Below the pieces are notes generated by a model that worked only from the letters and a program-made list of their open reading frames with translations, was not told where the DNA came from and did not search any database. The position numbers and the translations under genes were made by a program. Shown here piece by piece: positions 13,139-26,300 of a DNA stretch of 64,000 nt (position 1 is its first letter; each line of letters starts with the position of its first letter). Source of the DNA: the human T2T-CHM13v2.0 reference genome, Homo sapiens; assembly GCF_009914755.1 (NCBI RefSeq), contig NC_060935.1; one strand, given 5' to 3'.

Positions 13139-14265
13139 ATGTTTTAAGAAAAAAATGTTTTCTTCATGTATCTTAAAAACACACACACATATGTACACCC
13201 ACATATATGTGTATATATACATTATATTATGTAATTATAAATTGATCATTAAAGTAGATATTCTTCACCAATGGAAATGCTTCAGACATTAAAGAATTTC
13301 TTGAGCACTAAGCTTTCCTGGGAATAGCTGGCACACTGCGCAAATATTCTTCTGTCAGAGTTACAGTTAGAAGTTTATCAATGTCAAATTTTAAGTGGGA
13401 ACAGTTCATTTATACGTGATAATTTCTAGGAGGTCCTTGTCACTGGAGACCATTGTTTTAATACTTCACGTGTAACCATTGATTATTACTTAAAGCAAAT
13501 GGGCATTCAAATGAGGTCTTGGAGTATACTCTCTTCTAGATTGAGTCTCCCAGAATACTTGAAAATCTGTGGTATGAGTTGACTCTTGGCATTCTCTTTC
13601 CTCCAGTCTCCAGTGGAAGCATCTTCTCTCTGCTGGGGCTGGATCTGATACCTGGGTTGCATTGGACTGAGATCCTTTTATTTAGCATCTTCTGGGAAGT
13701 CAGTAGCCTGAGTTATAGTCTACTCCTTGTCTAAGGACCACATGGCAGAGAAATAGTTTGTGAGTAAGGAAGAGGAGATTAGTTGTGGAAACAGATACTT
13801 ACTCATTTTCATTAGTATTTCTCTTTTGATTACTTTTCATGCCCTGGCCAAAATCACTGGCTTATCCAAATGGACTTTCTGGCCACTCAATTTTCTGCCA
13901 CTCATCAGTAAAAATTCCCCTATTTTTAAAAACTATCACAGGTATTTCATATCCTAGAATCTTCATAGTAACTTTTTCTGTGATTAGTCCCAACCCCAGA
14001 TTTTAATCTCTCTTTTCTGAACTTCTATGGCACATACGATTGAGACCACACCATTGAGCAATTACTCAAACACTAGTTCTCTGGAATCCTCAAGGGAGGG
14101 TCATTTTGCCCCACAAGGGAACCCCCCTAAGATTAAGTTATTTTGTTTAGCTGAGCTTTGCAGCTCCTTAAGAGTTAAACTCAATGAGATTATTGAGCCC
14201 ATTGGGGTTTGCTGCAATAAGACCTCATTGGTAGCAAATATTTAGGCTTCAGTGCTTCAATTCTG

Positions 14266-14450
14266 CAGAGCACTTTTCTGTAGACTTGTGCTTTAGAATC
14301 ACCTGAGGCCACTTATTAAAATGTGATTTCCTAGGCCCACCCCAGATGCACTGAATTTCAACTTCTGGGGATGGAGCCTAGGAATCTAAGTTTTCAACAA
14401 GCTCTACAGGTGATTATTATGCACACTGAAATGTGGGAATTGCCCTCCTA
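14266..14450. mobile_element. MER5-family hAT-Charlie fossil
   Basis: AGAATCACCTGAGG...CCTAGGAATCTAAGTTTTCAACAAGCTCTACAGGTGATT with internal inverted symmetry. Confidence 0.75.
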
Positions 14451-15105
14451 AAGAAAGGGCAATAGGACTTTGGATGAACTCAACACAAAGTAGCTGATTG
14501 AATATATGTGCTTTGTTTCCCTAGGACTTCAGGTTGCATGTGCTTGTATTTACACTTCTATTTCCTCTCTTCCAAACATCTTTAACATTTGCTATCACAT
14601 AACAGTTTTCTATTTCATACTTCTTTTCAAATGACTCTGATACAATTGAGTAGCCGTTTCGCTGAAATTAAATAGTTGGTTTCATGGTATTGATGCCTTG
14701 GGGAAGTTTAGAGAGCAATCAGGAAATACTGGGCAAATGGAAATTGAATGACTCCCTAACTCCACTAAGCACCATTGAATGTTAGTTGAGATTGGGTGGA
14801 GAGAGGAGGATCATAATTGAAATAGAACTGTTGTTAACAGAGGTACATAATAAAGAATAGATGTTACACTAGGCAGAATATGCCCGGCTATGCTGTGGTG
14901 ACAAGTGTCCTCCACTCTGTTTCATGAAACAACAAACGTTTCTCACACCAAATCCATTAAGGTTTCAGGAGACTCCCTAAGAAAACTGCCACATGTGGGC
15001 TCAGCAGTCTCGGCTGCTTTGATCTTAGAGTTTCACCAACTTTTTTACATGAGAATTCCTTCATGCATGATCAACACAGCAAGAGAAGAGAGTGAGATAT
15101 AATCT

Positions 15106-15293
15106 ATTTTTTTTTTCTTCTTCTTCTTCTTTTGAGACAGGGTCTCGCTCTTTTGCCCAGCCTTGAGTGCAGTGATATAATGATAGCTCACTGCAGCTTC
15201 AAATTCCTGGGCTCAAGTAATCCTCCTGCCTCAGCCTCCCAAGTAGCTGCGACTACTCTCAGCCAGGCATGGGTACAGGCCACCGTGCCTGGC
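15106..15293 (-). mobile_element. Alu monomer (FRAM/FAM-like) inside an old MLT1-type LTR (about 14865-15470)
   Basis: Single Alu arm with T-tract; TSD TGAGATA(T/C)A(A/G)TCT at 15093-15105 and 15294-15306. Confidence 0.85.
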
Positions 15294-15902
15294 TGAGATA
15301 CAGTCTTATACTGGTAATTAAATGCCCCTTCCCACAGTCCATTGGCCAGAAGTAGTCATATGGTCTTATCCAACTGCAGGCACAGGATCATTTGTGGAAA
15401 AACAAAAATGTCCACTGTGCCCCGGTGGAGAGGAAGACAAAATGGGAAAGCACTAGCAATCTCTACTACAGATGCTCCATTTCAGTGAGAAGTGTTTCTG
15501 GGAACAGATTAACTGTGATGTGAGGCAATGATTTTCACTAGGGTAAAGGGAAAATAGGGTATCTAGGCTTTTTATTAACAACTCTCTTTCTCTCTCTCCT
15601 CTCTCTTTTGCTCCCTTCCTCCTTTTTTCAAACCTTGATTTCTCTTTTTTCCTTTTTCTTGGCAACACTTTTTAAAAAATTATTATACTTTTGTGTCATA
15701 AAATGACCTGAATTCTTGAAAGGCTTTATGCTACATGCTGTGTATCCAAGGTAAAAATATGCAGTGGTCACTCTTCTAGCAATGGATCAGAAGATACTTC
15801 CAATGACTGTATTCTTAGGATAATTTCTAAACTCCCTAATGTGGCTTACAACGCTCTTTTATCTAGATCTTGTTTACCAGTTTCCAGCCCCAAATCCCAC
15901 AA

Positions 15903-16090
15903 ATGCTCAAATTTTGATATGTAGAAGAATCACCTGGGCAGTTAATCAAAAATTTAGATTCTCAGGCTTCATCCTCAGAGATTAGAATTTAGTACATCTG
16001 GAATGGGACCCAGGAATTTGCGTTTTAATTAGTGGCCTCAGGTGATTCTAAAGCAGGGTTCCGCAGACCACTTCTAGGGAAGTGCTTTAT
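15903..16090. mobile_element. MER5-family fossil
   Basis: AGAATCACCTGGG...GGGACCCAGGAATTTGCGTTTTAA...CAGGTGATTCT. Confidence 0.75.
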
Positions 16091-16666
16091 AGCAAATGAA
16101 GCACTGAAGCCTAAGAATTTGCTCTCAATGCCTTCTTTTAAATGATAATGTTCTCATCTCTGGATCTTTTCCCAGGTGGTTGTCTCAGGCTGAATCATTC
16201 TTCTCCTTACCAGTTCTCTACCTCCACTCTGCTCCCCGGCTTGGCTAACTACCCCTCTCCCTTCGGGTCTCATAGATGAACTTTCTCTGTATGATTTTCT
16301 TGAAACTCAAGCTCTCAAGTCTAGCATTAAGTGTACCTTCCAGCCGCTCTTATAATGGTCTGATGTGCCTTTATGACAGCACTTACCTACTCATATAATA
16401 ATTGTCTGGTTGCTATTCTTGTCTGTTACTGGAATATAATCTGCTGAGTGCTGGAAACATGTTTATCATGTTCATCATTACATCCTATTTTCTAGTACTG
16501 TGACTAATACATAATAAGTGCTCAAAACTGCTGGCTGAAAGAAAGATAAAGGAGAATTACTTAAAAGATGGTAAGGGCAAAATATCAGAAAGGTTATGCA
16601 GGGAATCAGTAAGATTGACCCAACAGGCAACAGTGTGATATTGTTTTAGGTTTAAAAGGCATATTT

Positions 16667-16984
<318 letters not shown>

Positions 16985-16987
16985 TTA

Positions 16988-17279
16988 TGTCTGGGTGTGG
17001 TGGCTCACACCTGTAATCCTAGGGCTTTGGGAGACAGAGGCAGGAGGACCACTTGAGGCTAGGAGTCCAAGACTAGCCTAGGCAACATGCGAGACCTTCA
17101 TCTCTATACAAGTTTAAAAAATTAGCCAAGAATAGTGGCATCTGCCTGTGGTCCCAGCTACCTGGGAGGCTGAAATGGGAGGAGCACTTGAGCCCAGAAA
17201 TTCAAGGTGCAGTGAGCTATGATTGTTCCACTACACTCCAGCCTGGGTGACAGAGAGTAACGGACCATCTCTTTAAAAA
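16988..17279 (+). mobile_element. AluJ element in tandem with the AluSc
   Basis: Diverged dimeric Alu with J-type GGAGGACCACTTGAGGCTAGGAG; followed by AAAAAGCATACTTA. Confidence 0.92.
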
Positions 17280-18099
17280 AAAAAGCATACTTAAAATGAA
17301 TGGAACATCTTGTACTTATCAACATATTGGTTGTGTTTAATGTCTTCAAATTCACCTGAGTCACAATAGGATCCTCCAATTCATCACCCTCTAAGCCCAA
17401 TAACCTCTATAAATGTGAAATCATGACTTACACTTTTAAGTGATGGGACCATTTTTCTTCTTCCCTCACAGACATCACACAAAAATAACAAAGACAATAA
17501 GAAATTATAACAGAAATTTTAATAAAATTAAGAGACTTCTGTAACACAACTACATAATATCCAAAGACAAAGTAGAATGGCAAGAACTTCGCAGAGCGGA
17601 ATAAGCCTTGATGGTAAAGGGAAACATCCAAATAAGCAAGCCCTATGGTCCTCAGGTCCGAAATCTGTCCGAGAAAAGTTAAAACAATACTTCGCAACTC
17701 ATAGTTGGATGTTAATCTTTCCTCTAACCCCAAGAGAGATGGGAAGCTTATACTTTTGTGAAATGAAGCCAGAATAGACCCAACTTACCAGACACAAAGA
17801 AGGAGAGAGACTGTACTGAACACAAAGTTCATATTGAATGGTGAATCCCCAACATCGCTTCTCCAGTCCAGCTCCCAGAATGTCTGAGGCTAGCCTTGTA
17901 CTATTAGGCAAGAGAATGTGAGTCTTTCCCTGGAGAACCCAGAAGATCTCAGAATCAAGACCTATGGATTAAATAACATTTAGGACACTCACTAATAAAA
18001 AAGCTGACTTGCTACTCAGTGGCTCTGCCACGAAGCCTATTGGTCAAAAAGCCATTCTAATGCACAGAAGACTTCACATCCCCTTTTTAGTGCTTCACA

Positions 18100-18380
18100 A
18101 CTAAATACCAATGGCAAGGATGTCAAGATAATTCAATGGGAAAAGAGAAGGTCTTTTTTAAACAAACATTCTTGCAACAACTGAAAGTTCATATAGGATG
18201 AAATGAAGTTTAACCCCTACCTCACTTGAATCATAAAAATTGATTTGAAGTGGATCATAGACCTAAATTTAAAAGAAAACTACGAAATTTCTAGGAAAAT
18301 ATTTTTACTACCTTGGGAGTAGTTGCAGATTTCTTAGAACACAAACTCCCACAATTTTAAAACTTACAAAAAACTTTAAA
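18100..18380 (+). mobile_element. Ancient L1M ORF2 fragment
   Basis: ATAATTCAATGGGAAAAG...TGGATCATAGACCTAAATTTAAAAG resembles the ORF2 3' region. Confidence 0.65.
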
Positions 18381-18404
18381 TGAGTATTGTTGTAACCTAT
18401 ATTA

Positions 18405-18551
18405 CTAAGGTAATAGGTAGGCTAGGCTAAGCTACAATGTTCAGTAGGTTAGGGGTATTAAATGCATTTTTAACGTGATATTTTCAACTTACCATGGGTT
18501 TATTGGGATGTAACCCCACTTAAGACTTAATCATAAGTCAAGGAGCATCTG
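18405..18551 (-). mobile_element. MER47/Tigger5 DNA transposon end
   Basis: GGCTAGGCTAAGCTA...TTTTCAACTTACCATGGGTTTATTGGGATGTAACCCC...AAGTCAAGGAGCATCTG followed by TA. Confidence 0.75.
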
Positions 18552-18554
18552 TAT

Positions 18555-19540
18555 TCTAAGAGGAGAAGAGACAATATAGAAATAAATGAATTCACAAGGA
18601 AATGTCTGAGCAGTAAGTGCTATTTAGAGAAGTAGAGTGATAATACAGGGAATATTTTAGTTTGAAGGGTTAAGGAAGACTTGCCTAAGGAACTGGCATT
18701 TAAGCTGTGAATAAGAGACCAGTCATGCAAATGGGAGTGGGGTAGAAAAGGCAGAGTCTTGATAGAGGAACCAGCTGCTGTGAAGGCCTTGAGGCAGAAG
18801 CAAACTTGGCCGGATAGAGGAGATGAAAGGTCAAGCAGTTGATATGTGGTGGGTGAAAGGAAGGAAGGAATTAAATGAAACCAGAGAGGTAGGTAGAGTT
18901 CAGATCAGCCAGGGCTTTGGAAGTCAGAGTGAATGGATTGGTGTTAGTTTCTGAGTGTAATCAAAAGTTGCTGGAGTGCTTTAACCAGGGAGGCACTTTA
19001 TATGACTTATGTTTAAGAAATACCACTCTGAATAATGTGTGCAAAATGGAAAGGTGGGAAAGTGGAAGCAGGGTTATGAGTTCCAAGCTTACTAGGGAGA
19101 GATGAAGTGGGGCTTGTGTTAAATTAGCAGTAGTGGAGAAGGAGAAACATAGATGAATTCAGGATGTGTTTTGGAGACAGAGTCAATAGAATTTGCAGGT
19201 GACTTTGAGGAAAGGAGAGAAGAAATTGAAAGAATCAAGGATAGCACCTATATTTTTAGCTAGCACTACCAGTAGTGCTATTTACTAAGATAAGGAGAAT
19301 TGGAGAAGGCAATTTAGGGTAGAGGATAGGCAGTAGTTCTATTTCGTCCTTGGTAAGTTTTAGATATCTTTTAGACATCCATGTAGAACTATTGAATAGA
19401 TAATGGGGCATAGCAAAGTGGAGTTCTGAAGAAAGACCAGAGCTGAAAATGTTGAGAGTCAAAGGACATCTATCTTCCTATAGATCATATTTAGGATATT
19501 TAGAGCCGTGGGACTAATGGTCACAGAGGAGGCTGTGTAG
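18555..19540 (-). mobile_element. L2 fragment (further L2-like sequence to about 21200)
   Basis: Purine-rich L2 antisense motifs such as AAGTTTTAGATATCTTTTAGACATCCATGTAGAAC. Confidence 0.65.
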
Positions 19541-19544
19541 ATGG

Positions 19545-20015
19545 GTGCAGTTCAATAGAAATATAATGCAAGTGACATATGTGAGCCATGTATGTAATTT
19601 TAAATTTTCTAGTAGCTATATAATAAATGGCCATATTAAGCACATTAATAAAGTAAAAAGAAGCAGGGTAAATTAATTTTAATAAAATATATTATAATTT
19701 AAATATGTAATCAATATAAAAATTGCTTGTGAGACACATATTTTGTTTTTTAGAGACAAGGTCTCTCTCTGTCACCCACACTGGAGTGCAGAGGCATGAT
19801 CATGGCTCATAGCAGCCTAGAAATCCTGGGCTCAAGTGATCCTCCCACTTCAGCCTTGGTAGTAGTGGGGACTACAGGCATGGGCCACCATGCCTGGCAA
19901 TACTTTACTTTTTTATTTTACAAAGGCTCTGAAATCTGGTATGTGTGTTTACACAGCACATCTCAATACACAGCACAGGTATGTGGCTAGTGGTTACTAT
20001 ATTGGAGGAAGTTTG
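19545..20015. mobile_element. MER33-like hAT fossil interrupted by an Alu monomer (about 19741-19897, minus strand)
   Basis: CAATAGAAATATAATGCAAG...GTGGCTAGTGGTTACTATATTGGA ends; single Alu arm inside. Confidence 0.7.
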
Positions 20016-22749
20016 CTATAGAGGGAAAACTGGGAATAAGGCAGAGGTTGGAAGAAATGTGGGCTTGAGCTCTTTTGCTATTCATTTTAAGACAAGGATA
20101 CTACAGCATTCTTGTGTGCTGATTGGGATAAATTAGTAGAGAGGGAAAGATCCATAATGCAAAACAGTCGAAAGGATAATTACCGGAGCAGATTCTAGGA
20201 AAAGGTGAGAAGTTGAGGTCCAGGGCAAAGGCATACGGATCACCTTTGCCAGGAGCAGGGATGCTTCATTCAAACCAACATGAGGGGAAACCGAGCATCT
20301 CCAGTGCAGACAGGGTGGGAATTTGGAGGTGGGAAGAAGTTCTTTGTTTAATGTCTGCTTCTATTTCTTTAGTGAAATATAACACAAGGTCAAGAGTGGA
20401 AGGGCACAGGTGCATGAAATTTGAGAAGAGAGAAAAAACTATGAAACAGTTTTGAAGAGTGAAAAATTATAGATGTCTACTTTAGTGCCTATTTGAGATT
20501 TGCAATCATGTGGTGTGTTTCTGTCTAGAAACATTCAGCTGTGTGGACTGCACGTTTAGAGTAAGAGATAGTAGGGTTTAATCGGTTTGGGCTTAGTCTG
20601 GTTGGCTCTGCAGAAATGGAAGCTGGTGATTTAAGAGTGTTTATAAAGAAATGATCATAATGACCATAAACTCTTCACTGGGCAAGGAAGAAGGAAAGTG
20701 GAGTTAGTTCTCTCAATGTGGCTCCAATGGATGGGTCATCTTGATGAGACTAAGGAATTTTTGGATTAAAAATATTTAGAGGAAGTGAGCCTAAAGTACA
20801 AGAGCTGGTGATAAAAAAGAAAAAAAACAAAACAAAACAGGGCACTCAAAATTGAGATTTTCGAGAAGATTACAAGGTCAAGGACATGATTATAGGGTTA
20901 CATAAATGAGGTGGGATGAAGGAACAGATAGTTGAAAGTGAGGAGATTGAGGAACGGGGTGGCCAGAGTGATGGATGGATTATACACATGAATATTGAAG
21001 TGTGCAAGAATGATGTGAGTAGCAGTACAATAAAGGACAGTCTGGTGCTAAAGCCACTGGAGAAGGGGGCTCTCCAGGGTTTGTGTTTCACAGTAACAAA
21101 GAGGGCTATTGGGTAACTGAAGGGCTTAGGGATTTTGAAGGCAGGAGGAAAACTATTTTGAAGATAAACTTGGAAACAAGGATGAGCTGTGAGAGAGAAA
21201 AAAAAAATAGCCTGCACTTAGAAGAGTAAGGATTTAGCAGGGCAACAGGTAGAGGCAGTGTTGCTGGCATTATCCAACTTGATAGGATACCATTTACATA
21301 GAAGATGACGTAAGTGGTACCTTCCTAGGGTGTGCGACACATCCACAGTGGAAAGGACAAATTCAGAGTAGTTGAAAATGCAGAGACATTTTTCTGATAA
21401 CACAGCATGAGTTCCAGAGGACCCCCAAGAAGGAGTGAGAAGGTCAGATCCATGGACATGCAAAGATACCAGAGGATGAACATCCAGGGGATTACGGGTG
21501 GCCAGGGGAGGCTCAAGCTTCCTGTGCTTTGTAAATACCTCATTCACAGATTGACCTAGATTCTTAAGTCATTTGTGCTGCTCAGTGTAATTTTCCCAGG
21601 CATCTTTTTTGATAAGATTTTAAATCACAGGATTGAAGAGAACTTATCTCCAGAGCTCTATTTTCAGTCAGCAACAGCCTGAAATAATTTGAGTGCAGGT
21701 GTTTTGGAGTCAAACTATCTCCCCAGAACAAGCAAGGTCAGGCACTTTTGTGTGATTTCTGCTCATTGCTGTTCTTCTACTTGCCTCCAGAAGCATGTAA
21801 CAAAAGGTCAGCTTACTTGGAAATATGCCCAGCTGCGTATGGGGGCATGGTTGTCCCCAGCATTGGTTTGAGCATTTTTTCTGTTACAGTGCGTGAATAT
21901 TTCCATGTGACTTCACCCTGAGCCTGCATTCATGAGAAGAACTCACGCAGTCTATGACCCTGTGTAGAGAGTGTCTCTTCTTTCTTTCCAGAAGTGGTGG
22001 ACTGGTCTAGCTTTCCTAGAGTTTTCTGAATTACCAACAAGTCCTAGTGAATGACATGTGCCTGCTTTGGAAACCTTTGCAAATGGGGTGGGAGCTCAGC
22101 GAGCTTGAATTGCTATGACATACTACCCACAATCCAAAGTCCTTGACCTGGATCTTATGTCACCATGTTCAACCTCTTTGAAGCACTCACTTATCACAGT
22201 TGTAATTCTATAGTTACTTGTGATAGTCTATAAATAGTATCTCTGAACATTTGACTGTAAGCTTTACAAGGGCAGAGACCATTTCTTTCTTTCACTGTCA
22301 CTACTATTCCCAGCACCTAGGAAATTCGTAGATAACATTTACAAATTGCAAAAATGAATGAATGCTTGCACCTCCTTGTTCTATGCCATTGTCTGCCCAG
22401 TAGCTTCCCACATTCTCCCTGATCTCAACTTTCCTCCCAGCTGCCATCCAGATCTGTCTCACTCCAGGATGCCCTGGGCTCTGAATCACCCTTCACTTCC
22501 TTCCTCTGAAAACTGAGTCCACACCAAATTAACAAGTCCCCCATACACATTCTGTCCACTCAAAGAAGACCTGTCAGTGATGGCATTCAGACATCAGCAG
22601 CAAAATACATCCTATCCTGAGTTCAAATCCTCATTCTAGCATTTAACTAGCCGTGAAGCTCAGCAGGAGACTTTGCCTCTCTGAGCCTCAGGGTTTTTTT
22701 TGTTTGTTTGCAAAATGGTGATAAAATCATTACCTACTTCATATAGCTA

Positions 22750-22891
22750 CAGGCTGAGCATCCCCATCTGAAAATCCATAATTCAAAATGCTCCAAAATC
22801 TGAAACTTATTGAGTGCTGATATGATGCCACGAGTGGAAAATGCCACAAATAAGTACTTAACACAAACTTTGTTTTATGCACAAAATTATT
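22750..22891 (+). mobile_element. Tigger4/Zombi (MER46) 5' end
   Basis: TA followed by CAGGCTGAGCATCCCCATCTGAAAATCCATAATTCAAAATGCTCCAAAATCTGAAAC. Confidence 0.8.
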
Positions 22892-23639
22892 TGCCCAAAG
22901 TTGTGTAGCTGAGAAAAGAAGGGAGCCAGGTTGGAACAAAGTCCTGGAATCTTAGCTCTTAACTACTTTCTACGTTGCCTTTTTTCGTGATGATTTTCAT
23001 TTTACTCCCATTTCCTGATGTTTTAAAATTGTTTTTACGTCTATCTCTGTAGATCTTAAATATTTTTTAAAAGAAGACACAGGAAAAATACATATATACA
23101 TATGTGATGGCATTACAATGTTTTTTTCTTAGTTCAACATAGAAAATGAAGGAGAGAAGTAGAAATAAATTGGGAAAGAATTCTCTATTTCATTTTCTAT
23201 CCACTTCCATTTTTACAAAAAAGGATGAGTACATTCACAGATACACACACAAACTCACTCCACTCTAGACCAAATAGGGAGAAACCAAGCAAAGAGTTTA
23301 GGCATCATATGCTCTGGAACACTGGCAGCATGAATTAACATAGTGTTTCCATGGCTGTTTGTGCTTTTAAAAATTCATTTACTTACTTCATCTACAAAGG
23401 CGGCTATGCATGTGTTTGTGGCTGTGCATGTGCACGTGAGTATTTGTGGGTATTTGACTGTGAGTCTTGTTGACCAAATCACACATTGTCTGAGACCATG
23501 AAATGTCTTAATCTCTTTTTAAAAATGTATTTTTACTTTGTCCCCAAAATTCAACACACCTCTCCCACCCCCCCACCCCCCCATCCTCTCTCTCCTTCAC
23601 ACACAAATGTTTGAGCAAGGAACACTTATAGCAAATGCA

Positions 23640-24104
23640 CATTGCTGGTTCCCCATCTGATAACCCTTCTCCCTTTTTCTTTAGTGACTGAGCTCTGACT
23701 TTATTTGGGGTGGTGATGTGCTTAGCTTGAAGGCTGTTTTTCAGCTTTCTTTGCAGCTAGGAGTGGTCCATAAGATCAAGCAGAAGCTGATGGGTGGGAG
23801 TTCTGGAAAATCTCTGGAGAGAAACATAGACAGCTCTTCTCCCACCTTCTCCCACCTTTCTGCCGAGCATGTGGATGTGGTTAATACAGCTTTGGCAGCC
23901 ATCTTGGACCATGAAGGAACATTAAGGATGAATGCCTGGTGCTATAGTTTAAGGAAGACAAAAATAGAAAGAGGTGTCATGTCAGCTTTAGATGCATAAC
24001 TCTAGACTTCTTTCACATTTCAGTGAAACAAACTTTTATCTCCTTGAAACCACTGTCCTGTGGTCTCTGTGGCTAGAAGCCAAGCACAACTCCTAGCTGG
24101 TAGA
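23640..24104 (+). mobile_element. Old MaLR LTR (MLT1J/K-like)
   Basis: CAGCTTTCTTGCAGCTAGG...GGCAGCCATCTTGGACCATGA motifs. Confidence 0.65.
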
Positions 24105-24790
24105 GTATTCAATAGTTTGTTAAATTGAATAAAAACAAAACCAAACAAAACAAAAAACAATGGATTCTCTGAAAAGAATTTAAATCTTGTATCTTCATTT
24201 TCTGGGTCAAATAGTGAACCTAAAAGATTATAAGTCAAGGAAAAGAAGAATATTTTATTCTACCATAAAAAATAATTAAAACTTAATGCCCCACTCAGGA
24301 AGAAGAATATCTCCCAGAAGATTTTCTGGTTTGAAATGCCCATTCATTTTAGTTAAGTGTTTTCCTTTCACAAATTTGTTCTTCCTCTTAGGTTTATTAA
24401 CAGAATCTATCAATTGTACATGGCATCTTCAGAAACTCTACTAGCTCTCAGTCTCGCTGCACTTAGCATTTGGGAAATCACGGAGCAATCTACTTTTTTC
24501 TCTATTGGCACTTATAGGAAAGTCTACATGCCTCCTTGTGAAAAGCAAATGCTTTTCAACATAACGGGTGTTAACTGAGTGGGTAGCACTCTGCAGCCTG
24601 AAAAACACAACAGTGGTTAAAAGGATGTGTGAATTGTGAAGATCTTATTGTTAAGAGTTTCCTGGGAGGCTTGCATGTTTTCCTCTCTCAAGATTCCTCC
24701 TGGTATATCATTAATTCCTTGCAGTGTGAAACTGGAAACAGGGAGATCCAAGGAGGTAAGAAGAGTGAGGGGGGAAAAGTGCTTAGAATA

Positions 24791-24994
24791 CAGTGGTGTG
24801 CTGTAAACATTTAACAACTGGCTGGGGAGTGGGGAGGAAGACTGATTTGTAGTGTTTGCCAATTTCTGTAGTGTAAGTATGTGCACCATGGCTGATTTCA
24901 AGCTACCAACAGCCTAAGAGCTGGCTTGTAAATTTCCTGAGAATTTAACAATCAGCTCTCAGAAGCCTTTGGAACTGTCTCCAGTATTTCACTG
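24791..24994. mobile_element. MER63-like hAT fossil
   Basis: CAGTGGTGTGCTG...CAGTATTTCACTG imperfect terminal inverted repeats. Confidence 0.7.
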
Positions 24995-25303
24995 CAGGCA
25001 CATCCTCTGTCTCAAACTTCCCAACAGTTTTAGGAGGATGTTTTTACAGGATCATGTTAAAGGTGCCGGAACAGAGGCTACAAGATATTAAGTAACTTGT
25101 CTGCAGTTATTCAACATTTGGCATTGGGGTTGAGATTTGCACCCAGGCTTGGCTGACTTCACACTTGGGTTTTTAACTTCTCCATTAAAAGAACATGGAT
25201 AAAATGTAAGGAAAGAAAAAAGAAGACAAGTAAAAGAAGAAAGGAAACAGTGAGGGGAAGCTTCAGGCTAAGGCTAAACAGATTGCTAAGCCATGTAGTA
25301 GAA

Positions 25304-25396
25304 CACAGGTCAGCAAACTGCTGCCAGTGTGTCACATCCATCCTGATGACCTGTTTTTGGATTGCAAAATGGTTTTTACATTTTTAAAGAATTGTA
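25304..25396 (+). mobile_element. MER58(C)-like transposon, left half (target of the L1 insertion)
   Basis: GGTCAGCAAACT...CCTGTTTTTG...AATGGTTTTTACATTTTTAAAG. Confidence 0.75.
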
Positions 25397-26300
25397 GGGG
25401 AGGAGCCAAGATGGCCGAATAGGAACAGCTCCGGTCTACAGCTCCCAGCGTGAGCGACGCAGAAGACGGTGATTTCTGCATTTCCATCTGAGGTACCGGG
25501 TTCATCTCACTAGGGAGTGCCAGACAGTGGGCGCAGGCCAGTGTGTGTGCGCACCGTGCGCGAGCCGAAGCAGGGCGAGGCATTGCCTCACCTGGGAAGC
25601 GCAAGGGGTCAGGGAGTTCCCTTTCCGAGTCAAAGAAAGGGGTGACGGACGCACCTGGAAAATCGGGTCACTCCCACCCGAATATTGCGCTTTTCAGACC
25701 GGCTTAAGAAACGGCGCACCACGAGACTATATCCCACACCTGGCTCGGAGGGTCCTACGCCCACGGAATCTCGCTGATTGCTAGCACAGCAGTCTGAGAT
25801 CAAACTGCAAGGCGGCAACGAGGCTGGGGGAGGGGCGCCCGCCATTGCCCAGGCTTGCTTAGGTAAACAAAGCAGCCGGGAAGCTCGAACTGGGTGGAGC
25901 CCACCACAGCTCAAGGAGGCCTGCCTGCCTCTGTAGGCTCCACCTCTGGGGGCAGGGCACAGACAAACAAAAAGAAAGCAGTAACCTCTGCAGACTTAAG
26001 TGTCCCTGTCTGACAGCTTTGAAGAGAGCAGTGGTTCTCCCAGCACGCAGCTGGAGATCTGAGAATGGGCAGACTGCCTCCTCAAGTGGGTCCCTGACTC
26101 CTGACCCCCGAGCAGCCTAACTGGGAGGCACCCCCCAGCAGGGGCACACTGACACCTCACACGGCAGGGTATTCCAACAGACCTGCAGCTGAGGGTCCTG
26201 TCTGTTAGAAGGAAAACTAACAACCAGAAAGGACATCTACACCGAAAACCCATCTGTACATCACCATCATCAAAGACCAAAAGTAGATAAAACCACAAAG
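25397..26300 (+). promoter_or_regulatory. L1 5' UTR: CpG-rich internal sense promoter (YY1, RUNX3, SOX sites) and antisense promoter
   Basis: YY1 motif CAAGATGGCC at 25407-25416; TGCATTTCCATCTGAGGTA near 25477; AACAAA SOX sites near 25866 and 25966; CpGs largely preserved. Confidence 0.93.
25630..25845 (-). CDS. ORF0: L1 ORF0 (71 aa antisense ORF)
   Basis: MAGAPPPASLPPCSLISDCCASNQRDSVGVGPSEPG...RCVRHPFL within the 25630-25914 ORF; ATG at 25845. Confidence 0.9.
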   Translation of the reverse strand: MAGAPPPASLPPCSLISDCCASNQRDSVGVGPSEPGVGYSLVVRRFLSRSEKRNIRVGVTRFSRCVRHPFL

